Assembly (NCBI RefSeq): GCF_006345805.1
Contig: NC_043021.1
Coordinates: 21,762,001 to 21,826,000 of the forward strand
DNA: 64,000 nucleotides
From: Octopus sinensis
Lineage: Eukaryota
Direction: 5' to 3'
The notes beneath the pieces were generated by a model that saw nothing but the letters and a program-made list of their open reading frames with translations, was not told the DNA's origin and searched no databases. The position numbers and the translations under genes were made by a program. Below, piece by piece: positions 22,441 through 35,070 of the stretch; the first letter of the stretch is position 1, and every line of letters begins with the position of its first letter.

Positions 22441-23240
22441 AGGCACAGGAGTGGCTGTGTGGTAGGTAGCTTGCTTACCAACCACATGGTTCCGGGTTCA
22501 GTCCCGCTGCGTGGCATCTTGGGCAAGTGTCTTCTGCCTTGTGAGTGGATTTGGCAGACGGAAACTGAAAGAAGCCTGTCGTATATATGTATATATATAT
22601 ATATATATATGCGTGTGTGTATGTTTGTGTGTCTGTGTTTGCCCCCCTGAGATCGCTTGACAACCGATGCTGGTGTGTTTACGTCCCCGTCACTTAGCGG
22701 TTCGGCAAAAGAGGCCAACAGAATAAGTACTGGGCTTACAAAGAATAAGTCCCGGGGTCGATTTGCTCGACTAAAGGCGGTGCTCCAGCATGGTCGCAGT
22801 CAAATGACTGAAACAAGTAAAAGAGAAAAGAGAGAGAGTATAGGCGCAGGAGTGACTGTGTGGTAAGTAGCATGCTTACCAACCACATGGTTCTGGGTTC
22901 AGTCCCACTGCGTGGCACCTTAGGCGAGTGCTTTCTACAATAGCCTCGGGCCAACCAAAGCTTTGTGAGTGGATTTGGTAGACGGAAACTGAAAGAAGCC
23001 CCCATCATATATATAAATATATATGTATATGTTTGCATATCTGTGTTTGTCCCCTCCGACATCGCTTGACAACTGATGCTGGTGTGTTACGTTCCTGTCA
23101 CTTAGCAGTTCAGAAAGTGAGACTGATAGAATAAGTACTAGGCTTACAAAGAATAAGTCCCGGGGTCGATTTGCTGGACTAAAGGCGGTGCTCCAGCATG
23201 GCCGCAGTCAAATGAATGAAACAAAAGAAAAAGAAAAAAC
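22441..23240 (+). mobile_element. Two SINE-A copies head-to-tail
   Basis: Second head GGCGCAGGAG at ~22842, directly after the first tail. Confidence 0.88.
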
Positions 23241-23248
23241 AATATATA

Positions 23249-23571
23249 TTGGGTGTGGTGAATAAATTGTCTAAATTATGTAAAAATGAAAATAACACTG
23301 ACATCTCATGTTAACAGATATATTTACCAAAATTACATAAAAATATCTTGAAATACTAAATAGAGAACAATTGCAGCGTGGAAGGTGTTTGTAAGCCATT
23401 TAAGAAACACACAAAAGCCGTTCGATTCACTTCAACATTTAAGTTTAAATTGTCAAAATATTTTCGTCGCTTTAAGACCGCAACCTGTTCACTGACAAAA
23501 ATCTGTGCTGCCTCAGATGCAGGCATGAAAATAAAAATATTAAATTGCAACAATTTATCCATCACACCCTG
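23249..23571. mobile_element. Tc1/mariner-type MITE
   Basis: TA-flanked TIRs TTGGGTGTGGTGAATAAATTG and CAATTTATCCATCACACCCTG. Confidence 0.7.
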
Positions 23572-23577
23572 TATATA

Positions 23578-23770
23578 AACGATCCTCTGCCCCAGCTGAA
23601 GAATTTTCTCCACATTCTAGGGGTGACACATGTGGCAGGCCTTCCAGATCATTCATTGTCTTCTAGGGATGTTATTCTGGTTTTGAAGCACCCATGCCAC
23701 TTGAGCCATAGCCTCATCACTGTAAGGTCCCTGTAGCAGACTTCCCAAATTTAACGCAAAACTTCACGTG
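23578..23770 (-). mobile_element. Mariner transposase N-terminal remnant
   Basis: VKFCVKFGKSAT and TSLEDNE*SGRPAT motifs. Confidence 0.6.
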
Positions 23771-24190
23771 CGCAGGAGTAGCTGTGTGGTAAGTAGCTTG
23801 CTAATCAACCACATGGTTCCAGGTTCAGTCCCACTGCGTGGCACCTTGGGCAAGTGTCTTCTACTATAGCCTCGGGCCGATCAAAGCCTTGGGAGCGGAT
23901 TTGGTAGATGGAAACTGAAAGAAGCCCGTCATATATATATATATATATATAATATATATATATATATATGTATGTGTGTTTGTGTGTCTGTGTTTGTCCC
24001 CCTAGCATTGCTTGACAACCGATGCTGGTGTGTTTATGTCCCCGTCACTTAGCGGTTCGGCAAAAAGAGGCCGATAGAATGAGTACTGAGCTTACAAAGA
24101 ATAAGTCCCGAGGTCGATTTGCTCGACTAAAAGGCGGTGCTCCAGCATGGCTGCAGTCAAATGACTGAAACAAGTAAAAGAGTAAAAGAG
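23770..24190 (+). mobile_element. SINE-A copy
   Basis: Full length. Confidence 0.9.
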
Positions 24191-24399
24191 TATTGGCTCT
24201 TTGTTCCTGTCCGTGACAAATTCGCAGATTACAAAATACATGTGATCAGAAAAACGCAAATTTCACGGCTTGCGAAGTAAACACAGCAATGTCACTGATC
24301 ACACTTGCTCATGAAGGTCACTGTTAGCTCTCGCTGTGCTGCCATCTGTTGGTACACTATAAAGGTCGTCCGAGAACCTTTTGATACCACCTCATAGTA

Positions 24400-24950
24400 C
24401 AACTACCACAAATACCACCAACACCAAAATCATTACAGATACTATCACCACTACAACTGCCACCGTCACCACAACCATCAGAGATACTACCACCACCACC
24501 ACAATCATCATCACAACCACCACCACCACCACCGTCACCACCACCGACACCACCACCACCACCACCACCACCACCACCACCACCACAATCATCATCACAA
24601 CCACCACCACTACCACCACCGTCACCACCACCACCACAATCATCATCACAACCACCACCACAATCAACACCGCCACCACCACAACTACTGCAAATACCAC
24701 CAATACCAAAATCATCACAGATACTATCACCACTACAACTGCCACCATCACCACAGCCATCAGAGATACTACCACCACCACCACGACTACAGCTACCACA
24801 AATACCACCACCACTACAATCATCACCACAACCACCCCTACCACAATCAACACCGCCACCACCACAACTACCACAAATACCACCACCACCACCACCACCA
24901 TCAACACCACCAGTACCACTTCCAATATTAAAGTAATCAGCATTACCACC
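24400..24950. repeat. (ACC)n-rich field with an internal ~90-bp duplication
   Basis: CAAATACCACCAA(C/T)ACCAAAATCAT...CAGAGATACTACC at ~24408 and ~24692. Confidence 0.85.
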
Positions 24951-25660
24951 GTTTATACTTCTATTGTTGTTCTCGATATTGTTGTTGTCTTTGCTGCTAC
25001 TGTGGCCACTGCTGCTACCATTATATTTCGGTATTTTTGGTACCTTTTGTGAAACCAATTGTATTTTTTTTTGTGTTTATTTTATTTGTTTTTTAGATTG
25101 TTATTTCTCCTCCTCCTTGCTATATCTTGTTCCTTTTATTTGTATTTTCATTGTAGTTTTTTTTTTTTTTGAAGCTTATTTATTTCATTTTGTGTGTTTT
25201 AACTTTTTCTTCTTTGTATTTCTCCTCTTCCTCCTCATCCTCCTCCTCTTCTGCTCTCCGCTCTCCTCCCATCCTCTTCTGCTCTTCGCTCGCTCTCCAG
25301 CACAGGGAAGGTGAATCGTGAGTCATCTAATCGGCGTTGATTAATGACATATTGATCATATCTAATCTACAATTTTTTTCTTTTTCTTTTCTATTTTTCT
25401 ATTTTTTATTCCGTCCCCCCCCCTTTTGTTCTGCAGGTATTGAGTCAACCGTCCAACTAACCAGCCAACCAGCAATCCGTGGCACTAACAGTGGTGGTGG
25501 TGGAGGTGGGGAGACGGGACTAGCCAATCAGATGTCACTGTTCCTTTGCCGGCTGGTTAGCTGGCTGGCTGGTTCATTTGATTACTGCCATCCAACAAAC
25601 GAAATAACTGACCAATCAGCTCACAATATATGTTCCTGCCCTATTCCCTTCATCTCAATA

Positions 25661-26262
25661 CCTATTTCTTTATTACCCACAAGGGGCTAAACACAGAGGG
25701 GACAAACAAGGAGAGACAAACAGATTAAGTTGATTACACCGACCCCAGTGCGTAACTGGTACTTAATTTATCGACCTCAAAAGGATGAAAGGCAAAGTCG
25801 ACCTCGGCGGAATTTGAACTCAGAATGTAACGGCAGACAAAATACCTATTTCTTTACTACCCACAAGGGGCTAAACATAGAGGGGACAAACAAGGACAGA
25901 CATAGGTATTAAGTCGATTACAGCGACCCCAGTACGTAACTGGTACTTAATTTATCGACCCCGAAAGGATGAAAGGTAAAGTCAACCTTGGCGGAATTTG
26001 AACTCAGAAGGTAACAGCAAACAAAATACCTATTTCTTTATTACCCACAAGGGGCTAAACATAGAGGGGACAAACAAGGACAGACATAGGTATTAAGTCA
26101 ATTACAGCGACCCCAGTGCATAACTGGTACTTAATTTATCGACCCTGAAAGGATGAAAGATAAAGTCGACCTCGGTGGAATTTGAACTCACAACGTAACG
26201 GCAAACAAAATACCGCTAAGCATTTCGCCTGGCGTGCTAACATTTCTGCCAGCTCGCCACCT
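25661..26262 (-). mobile_element. SINE-B trimer with TSD
   Basis: One full unit plus two head-less units; CTT(C/T)ATCTCAATACC at 25648-25662 and 26261-26275. Confidence 0.9.
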
Positions 26263-26580
26263 TTATCTCAATACCATTCCATAACATACCATACCATGCT
26301 GTCCCATTATGCCATGTCAATTCAGAGTCAAACAAGGGAGTCTTAATGTGGCATGGTGGCTTCTCTTGCTAGAAATAGTAACTAAATCTCACCCAAATCC
26401 CTTCTTGTATGGTTTGACTTAGAAAAGACGTCATCAGTATAAGTGTAGGGAATGAAATTTGTTCAAGTCCGGGTCCAAAATTTGTTTTCAACCCAGATTC
26501 AAAATTTTGTCACAATGAAGGTTGATTTTGTTTTTTTTTCAATCATAATATCAAAGCAGAAACAGTTACAACAATCATAT

Positions 26581-26814
26581 CTTATTTCTTTATTGCCCAC
26601 AAGGGGCTAAACATAGAGGGGACAAACAAGGACAGACAAACGGATTAAGTCGATTACATTGACCCCAGTGTATAAGTGGTACTTAATTTATTGACCCCGA
26701 GAGGATGAAAGGCAAAGACAACCTTGGTGGAATTTGAACTCAGAACGTAACGGCAGACGAAATACCGCTAAGCATTTCCCCTGGTGTGCTAACGTTTCTG
26801 CCAGCTTGCCACCT
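26581..26814 (-). mobile_element. SINE-B monomer with TSD
   Basis: CAACAATCAT at 26569-26578 and 26815-26824. Confidence 0.88.
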
Positions 26815-27038
26815 CAACAATCATTTCAACTATAAGCACAAGGCCTGCAATTTCGGAGAAGGGAGGGGTGCTAGTCGATTATTTTGACCCCAGTATTAAT
26901 CTGGTACTTATTTTATTGACCATGAAAGGATGTAAAATAAACTCACTCTCGGTGGCTTTCAAACTCAGAGTGTAAAGACGGATGAAATACCACCAAGCAT
27001 TTTGTTCAACTTGCTAACTATTCTGCCAACTCACCACC

Positions 27039-27080
<42 letters not shown>

Positions 27081-27085
<5 letters not shown>

Positions 27086-27559
27086 GAACATGCCTCCTCA
27101 TTGATATGACTGTCCCAATCAATATAAACGTATCTGTCAGGACCTACCAAAAACTGAGCAAATATAAAGATCTTGAAATAGAAATCAGCAAAACGTGGAA
27201 CCTGAAGACTAAAACAATACCTGTTGTCATAGGTGCCCTGGGAATGATAGCGAAAGAGGCTGATTGCTACCTAACTCAGATACCAGGAAACCCCAAAATG
27301 GCAGAAATTCAAAAGATAGTGTTCATGGGAACTCCTTATATTCTACGCAAAATACTCTCTATGTAATCCTAAGGTTTAAAACAAACTTTTTTTTTTAAAT
27401 TTATTTATTAGACATTCACTAGTACAACACCAAAAAAAAAACCCAAATATATGGCACACTAGGCATAACAACAACGTGAACTTCCAACCTGTTGTCTCTT
27501 GAGGTCTCCGGGTGAGACTTGGAGCCAACTTGTACAGACAAAGCAAAAGTCAAACATAG
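27081..27559 (+). mobile_element. 5'-truncated R4/Dong-type LINE (RLE C-terminus and 3' UTR) in (TAA)n
   Basis: CLLIDMTVP...KLSKYKDLEIEISKTWNLKTKTIPVVIGALG; TAA arrays on both sides. Confidence 0.85.
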
Positions 27560-27584
27560 AATAATAATAATAATAATAATAATG

Positions 27585-27615
<31 letters not shown>

Positions 27616-27949
27616 TAATAATAATGATGGTTTCAAATTTTGGTGCAGGGTCAGCTATTTCAAGGGTCATTCAATTGCATTGGCCCAAGTGCTCATTTGG
27701 TACTTATTTTATCAACTCTGAAAGGATGAAAAGCAAAGTTGACTAAAATTGAATTTGAACTCAGGATATAAAAACAGATGAAATATCACTATGTCATGGT
27801 ATCTTCTGTTGTGACATGTTATATACTATGTTTTACCAAGCTATACCATTCAATGCTACTACACCATAACATACCAGTGCTACAGCTTACCATACCATGC
27901 TTTGCCATACCAGACCATGCCATGTTATTGCATTTATTTTCTATGACTA

Positions 27950-28840
27950 AGCGTAGTAGTGGCTGTGTGGTAAGTAACTTGCTCATGAACCACATGGTTC
28001 CGAGTTCAGTCCCACTGCGTGGCACCTTGGGCAACTGTCTTCTACTATAGCCTCGGGCCGACCAAAGCCTTGTGAGTGGATTTGGTAGATGGAAACTGAA
28101 AGAAGCTCGTCGTATATATGTATATATATATACACTACCGTCAGAAATTAATTAGCACCCTTGATTTGCTCACCATGAAGCATGGTGGGGGTGGTCTGAT
28201 GGTGTGAGGGGCGTTCAGCTACAGTGGTGTTGGGCGGCTCTATGCCGTCGAAGGCAACATCATTGCAGCAAAGTACGTTGAGATAGTACGGGATACCTCT
28301 TTGGTGGCGAGGGGTACGTGCTGACCAGTCACCTGACCTGAACCCTATTGAGAACCTCTGGAGTCGATTGGGTAGGGATTTGAATGTGCAGCAATACAGG
28401 AACCGACACGAGCTGTTTGGGGCACTTCTTGCTGCATGAGGGGCCATCCCTGCACAGTACCTGCAGGCACTCATAGACAGCATGCCGACCCGCGTAGCAG
28501 CTGTCATTGCTGCCAAAGGAGGAGCAACAAGATATTGACTAAATTTCACGATTAATAACAATTATGTGGTGTGCTGGGATATGTTTTAATAAATTTTTGA
28601 TTAAAAACGAGTTCGTTTCTGTTAAGTTAGTTAAATTAAGAAAATGTAAGAAAATGTAGAAATTTGAGAAGTGCTAATTAATTTCCGACGCAAGTGTATA
28701 TGTGTGTGTGTGTTTGTGTGTCTATGTTTGTCCACCCCAACATCGCTTGACAACAGATGCTGGTGTGTTTACGTCCCCGTAACTTAGCGGTTCGGCAAAA
28801 GAGACCGATAGAATAAGTACTAGGCTTACAAAGAATAAGT
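27950..28840 (+). mobile_element. SINE-A copy interrupted by a Tc1 element
   Basis: Head ends at ~28130 and body resumes at ~28700. Confidence 0.85.
28133..28696 (+). mobile_element. Internally deleted Tc1 transposon
   Basis: TA-flanked TIRs CACTACCGTCAGAAATTAATTAGCAC / GTGCTAATTAATTTCCGACGCAAGTG; KHGGGGLMV*GAFS, SPDLNPIENLW and LIDSMPTRVAAVIAAKGGATRY. Confidence 0.9.
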
Positions 28841-29079
28841 ACTATCCATCTGTGTGTATATTTTTGTGTATGTCACCACCCGACCATCACTTGACAACAG
28901 CTGTTGGTGTGTTTACGTCCCAGTAACTTAGCAGTTCAGCAAAGGAGAACAATAGAATAAGTACCAGGCTTATAAAAAGTAAGTGCTGGGGTTGATACAT
29001 TTGACTGAAAATTCTTCAAGGCGGTGCCCCAGCATGGCCGCAGTCCAGTGGCTGAAACAAGTAAAAGAATAAAAAAAAT

Positions 29080-29328
29080 CTTTTATTCTTTTAATTGTTT
29101 CAGTCATTTGACTGTTGCCATGCTGGAGTACCGCCTTTAATCGAGCAAATTGACACCAGGACTTATTCTTTGTAAGCCTAGTACTTATTCCCGCAGTTTC
29201 TTTTGCCAAACTATTAAGTGACGGGGATGTAAACACACCAGCATCGGTTGTCAAGCAATGTTGGGGGTCAAACACACACACACACACACACACACGCACG
29301 CACACACACACACACACATACACATACA

Positions 29329-29360
<32 letters not shown>

Positions 29361-29515
29361 CGATTGGATTCTTCCAGTTTCTGTCTACCAAATCCACTTT
29401 GGTTGGCCTAAGGCTATAGCAGAAGACACTTGCCCAAGGTACCGCACAGTGGGACTGAACCCAGAAGCATGTGGCTGGTAAGCAAGCTACTTACCACACA
29501 GCCACTCCTGCGCCT
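29080..29515 (-). mobile_element. SINE-A copy, tail-to-tail with an upstream SINE-A tail
   Basis: Full length on the minus strand. Confidence 0.88.
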
Positions 29516-29683
29516 ATATATATATATATATACACACGTTTATATATTTGTTGTGCAAGATTTTTTATGTGAAGTCGTGTGTTTTTATTGGCTAAACTAG
29601 CAAAATGACCATTCCGAAATATAACAATATATATATAAGGAGAGAGAGAGAGATATTAGGGTACCGAAATACCAGCTTGCTAG

Positions 29684-29715
<32 letters not shown>

Positions 29716-29914
29716 ATATATATATATATATATGTATATGTAGTAATATGGATAAATGAAACATGGAAAATATAGTCGGATTATGGTGAAGTGTGGTGCA
29801 ATTTCATATGGCATGGTATGTATATTGTACATATATATAACTACAGTATATGATATGGTATTTATAATAGGGTGTATATATATATATATATATATCACAG
29901 GTATTGTGTTCATA

Positions 29915-30370
29915 AGGAAATGAGAAGCATGAAAAATAAGTGATGGATTGAAGGTGGTTATCATCTTAAGAAAGTGTACAACAAAAAGGATATTAAGGAA
30001 CCTTACTCTCTTATAAATCAAATTTATGGCCCTTACTGAATTTCCTGTGCTCCCATTAGGGCTAAGAAGGGCAAAATGTTTAAAGATTCCGATAAGATCA
30101 TTCAGCGATGACAAGAATATTTCAGTGGTCTGCTAAATTACTCGTTAAGCATTGACTAGTCCTTTGAAGAACTCATTTACTAAAAGCCAATAAAACACTT
30201 TCGCGATAATAAGCCCACTTTGGATAATGTTAGAGATGCTTTCTGCAAACTATAAACTGGAAAAGCTGGTATTGATGGTATTCCAGCAGAAATCCTCCAA
30301 TTTGGAGGAATTAACTTGTTGGATCTTCCTTGCAATCTTATATATAATCTGTTGGAAAATTATACCTCTA
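29915..30370 (+). mobile_element. Degenerate RTE-type LINE ORF fragment
   Basis: INQIYGP, QR*QEYFSGLLN, PTLDNVRDAFCKL*TGKA and GIDGIPAEILQFGG. Confidence 0.7.
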
Positions 30371-31149
30371 TCATTGCTTCATTTACCTCTCTAAGACTGC
30401 AGTAAATTGCCAGGTGCTATGAGTGATTCTCAGAAAAATTGGTTGTTCTGATAAATCGAGAAATATAATATCAAATGAAGTTCCATTTAGGCACAGAGTA
30501 TACCAGCAAGTCTTTCTTGAGAAGATCAATGCCTCAGTCTTTGCAAACGAATTCTCGTTCCATCCATTGTAGCACTTGGCAGTGAACCCATTCAAGAGGT
30601 AATGCTTACTCCCACTTAAAAACGGATGTTTTGTTATGACAAACTGTAGTGTGATGGAGGAAGAAGACAACGGAAAAAGAAGCAAATGGGAGAAATAAAT
30701 ACAAAGACCTCACCTGTTGATCTAGGTGGGATGTGCGATCACTGTCAAGAAATAAACACATCCTTGCACGCTGCTGTCTCTGCTTGAACTGCCACATGTG
30801 CTTCCTCCCTACGTATGCCCCATGGCTGTACCACAGGCCCCTGCAGTCTTCACTTCCATCTACCTCATCTGCAATCCTCTCCACCAACACCACATAGCTC
30901 ATCACAGCCCATAACACCACTAACACCACACAAACCTTACTGTGGTAGACAGCATGAAAGGAACTCTCATATTGGCACGTTTGTTTACATCACCAACAGG
31001 GAGATAAAATCTCTGCCATCTCCAGCAAAGAGACTATCAGATCACATGATTTCAACCTCCCTTGGTCTTATCAATGATGCTTGCTTGACCGCTAGAGATA
31101 GCAGTGACTCAACTCTCTATCAGTGTTATATAGAAAAATAGTGCTAGAA

Positions 31150-31320
31150 CAGGTTATGGATGGATAGGTGGGTGGATGGATGATGGTGGGTGGGTGGATG
31201 GATGATGGGTGGATGGATGATGGGTGGATGGATAATGGGTGGATGGGTGGATGGATGGATGGGTGGGTGGGTAGGTGTATGGATGGGTGGGTGAATGGAT
31301 GGATGGAGGGATGGGTGGAT
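31150..31320. repeat. (GGAT/GGGT)n microsatellite
   Basis: Directly visible. Confidence 0.9.
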
Positions 31321-31983
31321 CGATTGCATGTTCTTTCCTGATAATATGAGTGTGTGTGTTGTAATTAGTGAAGAATGCTCAAATCCATCTTCAGTCAGTG
31401 ATGGCTTAAAATGGATATTATCTTCAAAAATTTATTTATCCATCAGAACGCCATCAACAAATCTTCATGTCTTCTTGAAGAGACTATCTGAAAAATATTA
31501 AAATCTTGGAATGCACAGATGCTGGAAGCATGGACATTCTCTCTCAACATAACAGAATGATTTGTGCATGGCTGAGTCTGTATGGAAGATGAAAAATTTC
31601 CAACAAAAACAACTTTACGCTTTAGAGCAATATATTCTAGGGAACCCCCCTCCATTTTACAAGCCAAAATTCTAACACAAAGGCTGACTTGGAATCTTAT
31701 CTGCAAAAAATGGTAATATTCATGCAGTAAGATAGATAACTGGAATTGATATGGCATGTAGTAAAAGATATCTTCCTTTTGCTTTTTTACTTGTTTTTAG
31801 ACATTGAACTTTGCTCATGCTGGAGCACCTCCTTTGATGGATTTAGTCAAACAAATCTACCGCAGTATTTGTTTTTTTAAAGTCTAGTATACTTATTCTA
31901 ACCTTTTTTTTTTGCCAAAATCGTTAACTTCGGGGACATAAACAGACTTACACTAGTGGTCAAGTGATGGAAAAGGGGACAGA

Positions 31984-32200
31984 AAAAATACAAAAAATAC
32001 AGAAATACAGAAATACAAAAAATACAAAAATAAAAAAAATACAAAAATACAAAAAATACAAAAATACAAAAAATACAAAAATACAAAAATACAAGAAATA
32101 CAAAAAATACAAAAATACAAAAAATACAAAAAATGCAAAAATAAAAAAATACAAAAAATACAAAAAATACAAAAATTACAAAAATACAAAAATACAAACA
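31984..32200. repeat. (A4-6)TAC minisatellite inside an old minus-strand SINE-A
   Basis: Repeated AAAAATAC; SINE-A tail at ~31785 and head at ~32385. Confidence 0.85.
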
Positions 32201-32696
32201 CCCAAACACCCACACACGACGGGTTTGATAGACTTCTTTCGGTTTCTATCAAATCGAATCACAAAGTTTTGGTTAACTCAGAACTGTATTAGAAGACACT
32301 TGCCTAAGGTGCTCTGCAGTAAGACTGAACCCGGAACCAGGTGGTTGGGAAGCAAACTTCTTACCACACAGCCACGCCTGCACCATATACATCGATGCAT
32401 TCATACATCTTGAAGAGAATCACAGATTGAGAGCACAAAAGTGAAGGTGGTGTAGTGAGGGGAAACCCTGTTATTCCTTCAAATATATTCAGCATTTAAC
32501 CGAGATTTCTGTGACTGGTTTGTTTGGCACCGAAGGAAACATAAACTAAAACAAGTCAATAATATTTCTATATTATTATCTGAAAGAAGAAATGTTTGCC
32601 AAGTCAGGTTAACAAATGTTGCTTTTCTCTTAATGATCTGCACAGACACAGTGTCAAATGTCATATTTATGCAAATATACACACATGTATGTATAC

Positions 32697-32726
<30 letters not shown>

Positions 32727-32727
<1 letters not shown>

Positions 32728-33028
32728 GAGGTGCAATGGCCCAGTGGTTAGGGCAGTGGACTCGTGGTTGTAGGATTGCGGTTTTGATTCCCAGACCGGG
32801 CGTTGTGAGTGTTTATTGAGCGAAAACGCCTAAAGCTCCACGAGGCTCCAGCAGAGGATGGTGGCGATCCCCGCTGTACTCTTTCACCACAACTTTCTCT
32901 CACTCTTTTCTCTGTTGGCCTGCTCGCTTAGCCAGCGGGGTGGCGTCATTTGATGGCTAAAACAATGCAAAGCGCATTGTGACCAGCGATGTGTAGCAAC
33001 ATCTGATAGCCTGGTTGGTCACGGTGAT
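32727..33028 (+). mobile_element. SINE-C copy, tail type 2
   Basis: C head; tail ...CATTGTGACCAGCGATGTGTAGCAACATCTGATAGCCTGG...GTGAT(AT)n. Confidence 0.88.
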
Positions 33029-33469
33029 ATATATATATATATACGGGGTGTTTGAAATGCAAAAAGGGAACAGTTTAATAACCTACGTATTTCAGGCAAA
33101 AACGCCCATAATCAAGAGTAAAGTGTCAAGAAACTTCAATCTATATCATGACCAGTACTGTATAGAGTAACATGTCTTTGCTTTGTTCAATTGTGGTGCT
33201 GGGCCTTATGTGCCTGAAGTTTATGAAGTTTATTATTAATCTTTTCCTTTTCGCATGGTAAGGAGTTCTCTGCCTTCACTGTTTTATGTAAGTGTGTGCG
33301 TTTGAAAAGGTTTAAGGAAAGCACTCACAAAACACAAAAGAGACTTCTTCCCAAAAAAGGTTAGTAACATCCTCATAAAAGATTTCAGAACATTTTTTAA
33401 AAAAAATAATTAGAATAAAAATCGCTTTTACATTTCAAAAATTTGCTTTAAGTATTCCTCATAGACTCC

Positions 33470-33586
33470 CAAATAAATATACACACATACATACGTACAT
33501 ACATATATGAATATATATAAATATATAGACATGCATATATATATATACACACACACACACATATGTACATACATATGCATATATAC

Positions 33587-33630
<44 letters not shown>

Positions 33631-33940
33631 ATGTGTATGTATATATGTGTGTGTGTGTGTGTAAGAATATATGTATGTATATATATATATATAGTTTTTT
33701 GTATATGTATATATATATATGCGTGTATATATATGCACACACACACACACACACACACATAAATGTGTGTGTATGAATATATGTATGTATATATATATAT
33801 ATATAGTTTTTTATATATGTATATATATATGCGTGTATATATATGTACACACACACACACACACAAATGTGTGTGTATGGATATGGAGAGGCAGAGAGGA
33901 GAGAGAGAGAGAGAGACAGAGAGACAGAGACAGAGAGAAA
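33470..33940. repeat. TA/TG/CA/GA microsatellites with a local duplication
   Basis: Directly visible. Confidence 0.9.
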
Positions 33941-34292
33941 TATATAACCACAAAGCAGTTGTAGCCAAGGTGACAGTCCCCAGAGCGAAATGCCTTTACT
34001 GATAGCAAATGACCATCATCATCATCATCATCCTCATCAGCACCAGAGGTTAATGTTTATGATTGTCTTGAGCCGACGAAACAGCAAGACCATAGATTAT
34101 CGTGTTTAAGCATGCCTAAATTTTTTATGTCCCTACAGGTACGTACACGCTCATGTGTGTCGATCTATGACAAGTATAATGTTGGTTCGAGTGGGTATTG
34201 TCCGACTGCAAGAGATACTCACGTACCAATAGCAGAAATCATTATCTTTACCATGTTGTTGTTGTTGCTGTTGCTGGTATTTAGTGGTATCT

Positions 34293-35070
34293 AAAGTGGC
34301 AGGCTGGCAGAATGGTTAGCATGCTGGGCAAAATGTTTAGTGGTATTTCGTCTGTTGCAACGTTCTGAGTTCAAATTACCCCGAGGTCGACTTTGCCTTC
34401 CATCCTTTCGGGGTCAATTAAATAAGTACCAGTTATGCACTGGGGTCGATATAATCGACTTAATCCATTTGTCTGTCCTTGTTTGTCCCTTCTGTGTGTA
34501 GCCCCTTGTGGGTAGTAAAGAAATAGGTATTTCGTCTGCCGTTATGTTCTGAGTTCAAATTCCGCCGAGGTCGACTTTGCCTTTCATCCTTTCGGGGTCG
34601 ATTAAATAAGTACCAGTTACGCACTGGAGTCGATATAATCGACTTAATCCATTTGTCTGTCCTTGTTTGTCCCTTCTGTGTGTAGCCCCTTGTGGGTAGT
34701 AAAGAAATAGGTATTTCGTCTGCCATTATGTTCTGAGTTCAAATTCCGCCGAGGTCAACTTTGCCTTTCATCCTTTCGGGTTCGATTAAATAAGTACCAG
34801 TTACGCACTGGAGTCGATATAATCGACTTAATCCATTTGTCTGTCCTTGTTTGTCCCTTCTGTGTGTAGCCCTTGTGGGTAGTAGAGAAATAGGTATTTC
34901 GTCTGTCTTTATGTTTTGAGTTCAAATTCCGCTGAGGACAACTTCGTCTTTCATCCTTTTGGGGTTGATTAAATAAATACCACTTGAGTGGTGAGGTCAA
35001 TGTAATTAACTGCTGCCTTCCCTCTGAAATTGCTGGCCTTGTGCCAAAATTTGAAACCATCATTATTTAG
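34293..35070 (+). mobile_element. SINE-B array: three type-1 units plus an older (ATT)-tailed unit
   Basis: AATAGGT|ATTTCGTCTG junctions at 34528, 34712 and 34895. Confidence 0.88.

Noticed and set aside
24357-25058. Thr-rich mucin-like (+) and Gly/Cys-rich (-) ORFs; similar ORFs at 13539-14062 and 18150-18989
   Set aside because: Degenerate (ACC/CAT)n contains no stops in most frames; no signal peptide, splice context or codon asymmetry favours one frame.
30690-31760. Unique-looking segments with scattered C/H motifs and short ORFs
   Set aside because: All frames are interrupted and I could not assign any motif; probably old TE debris.
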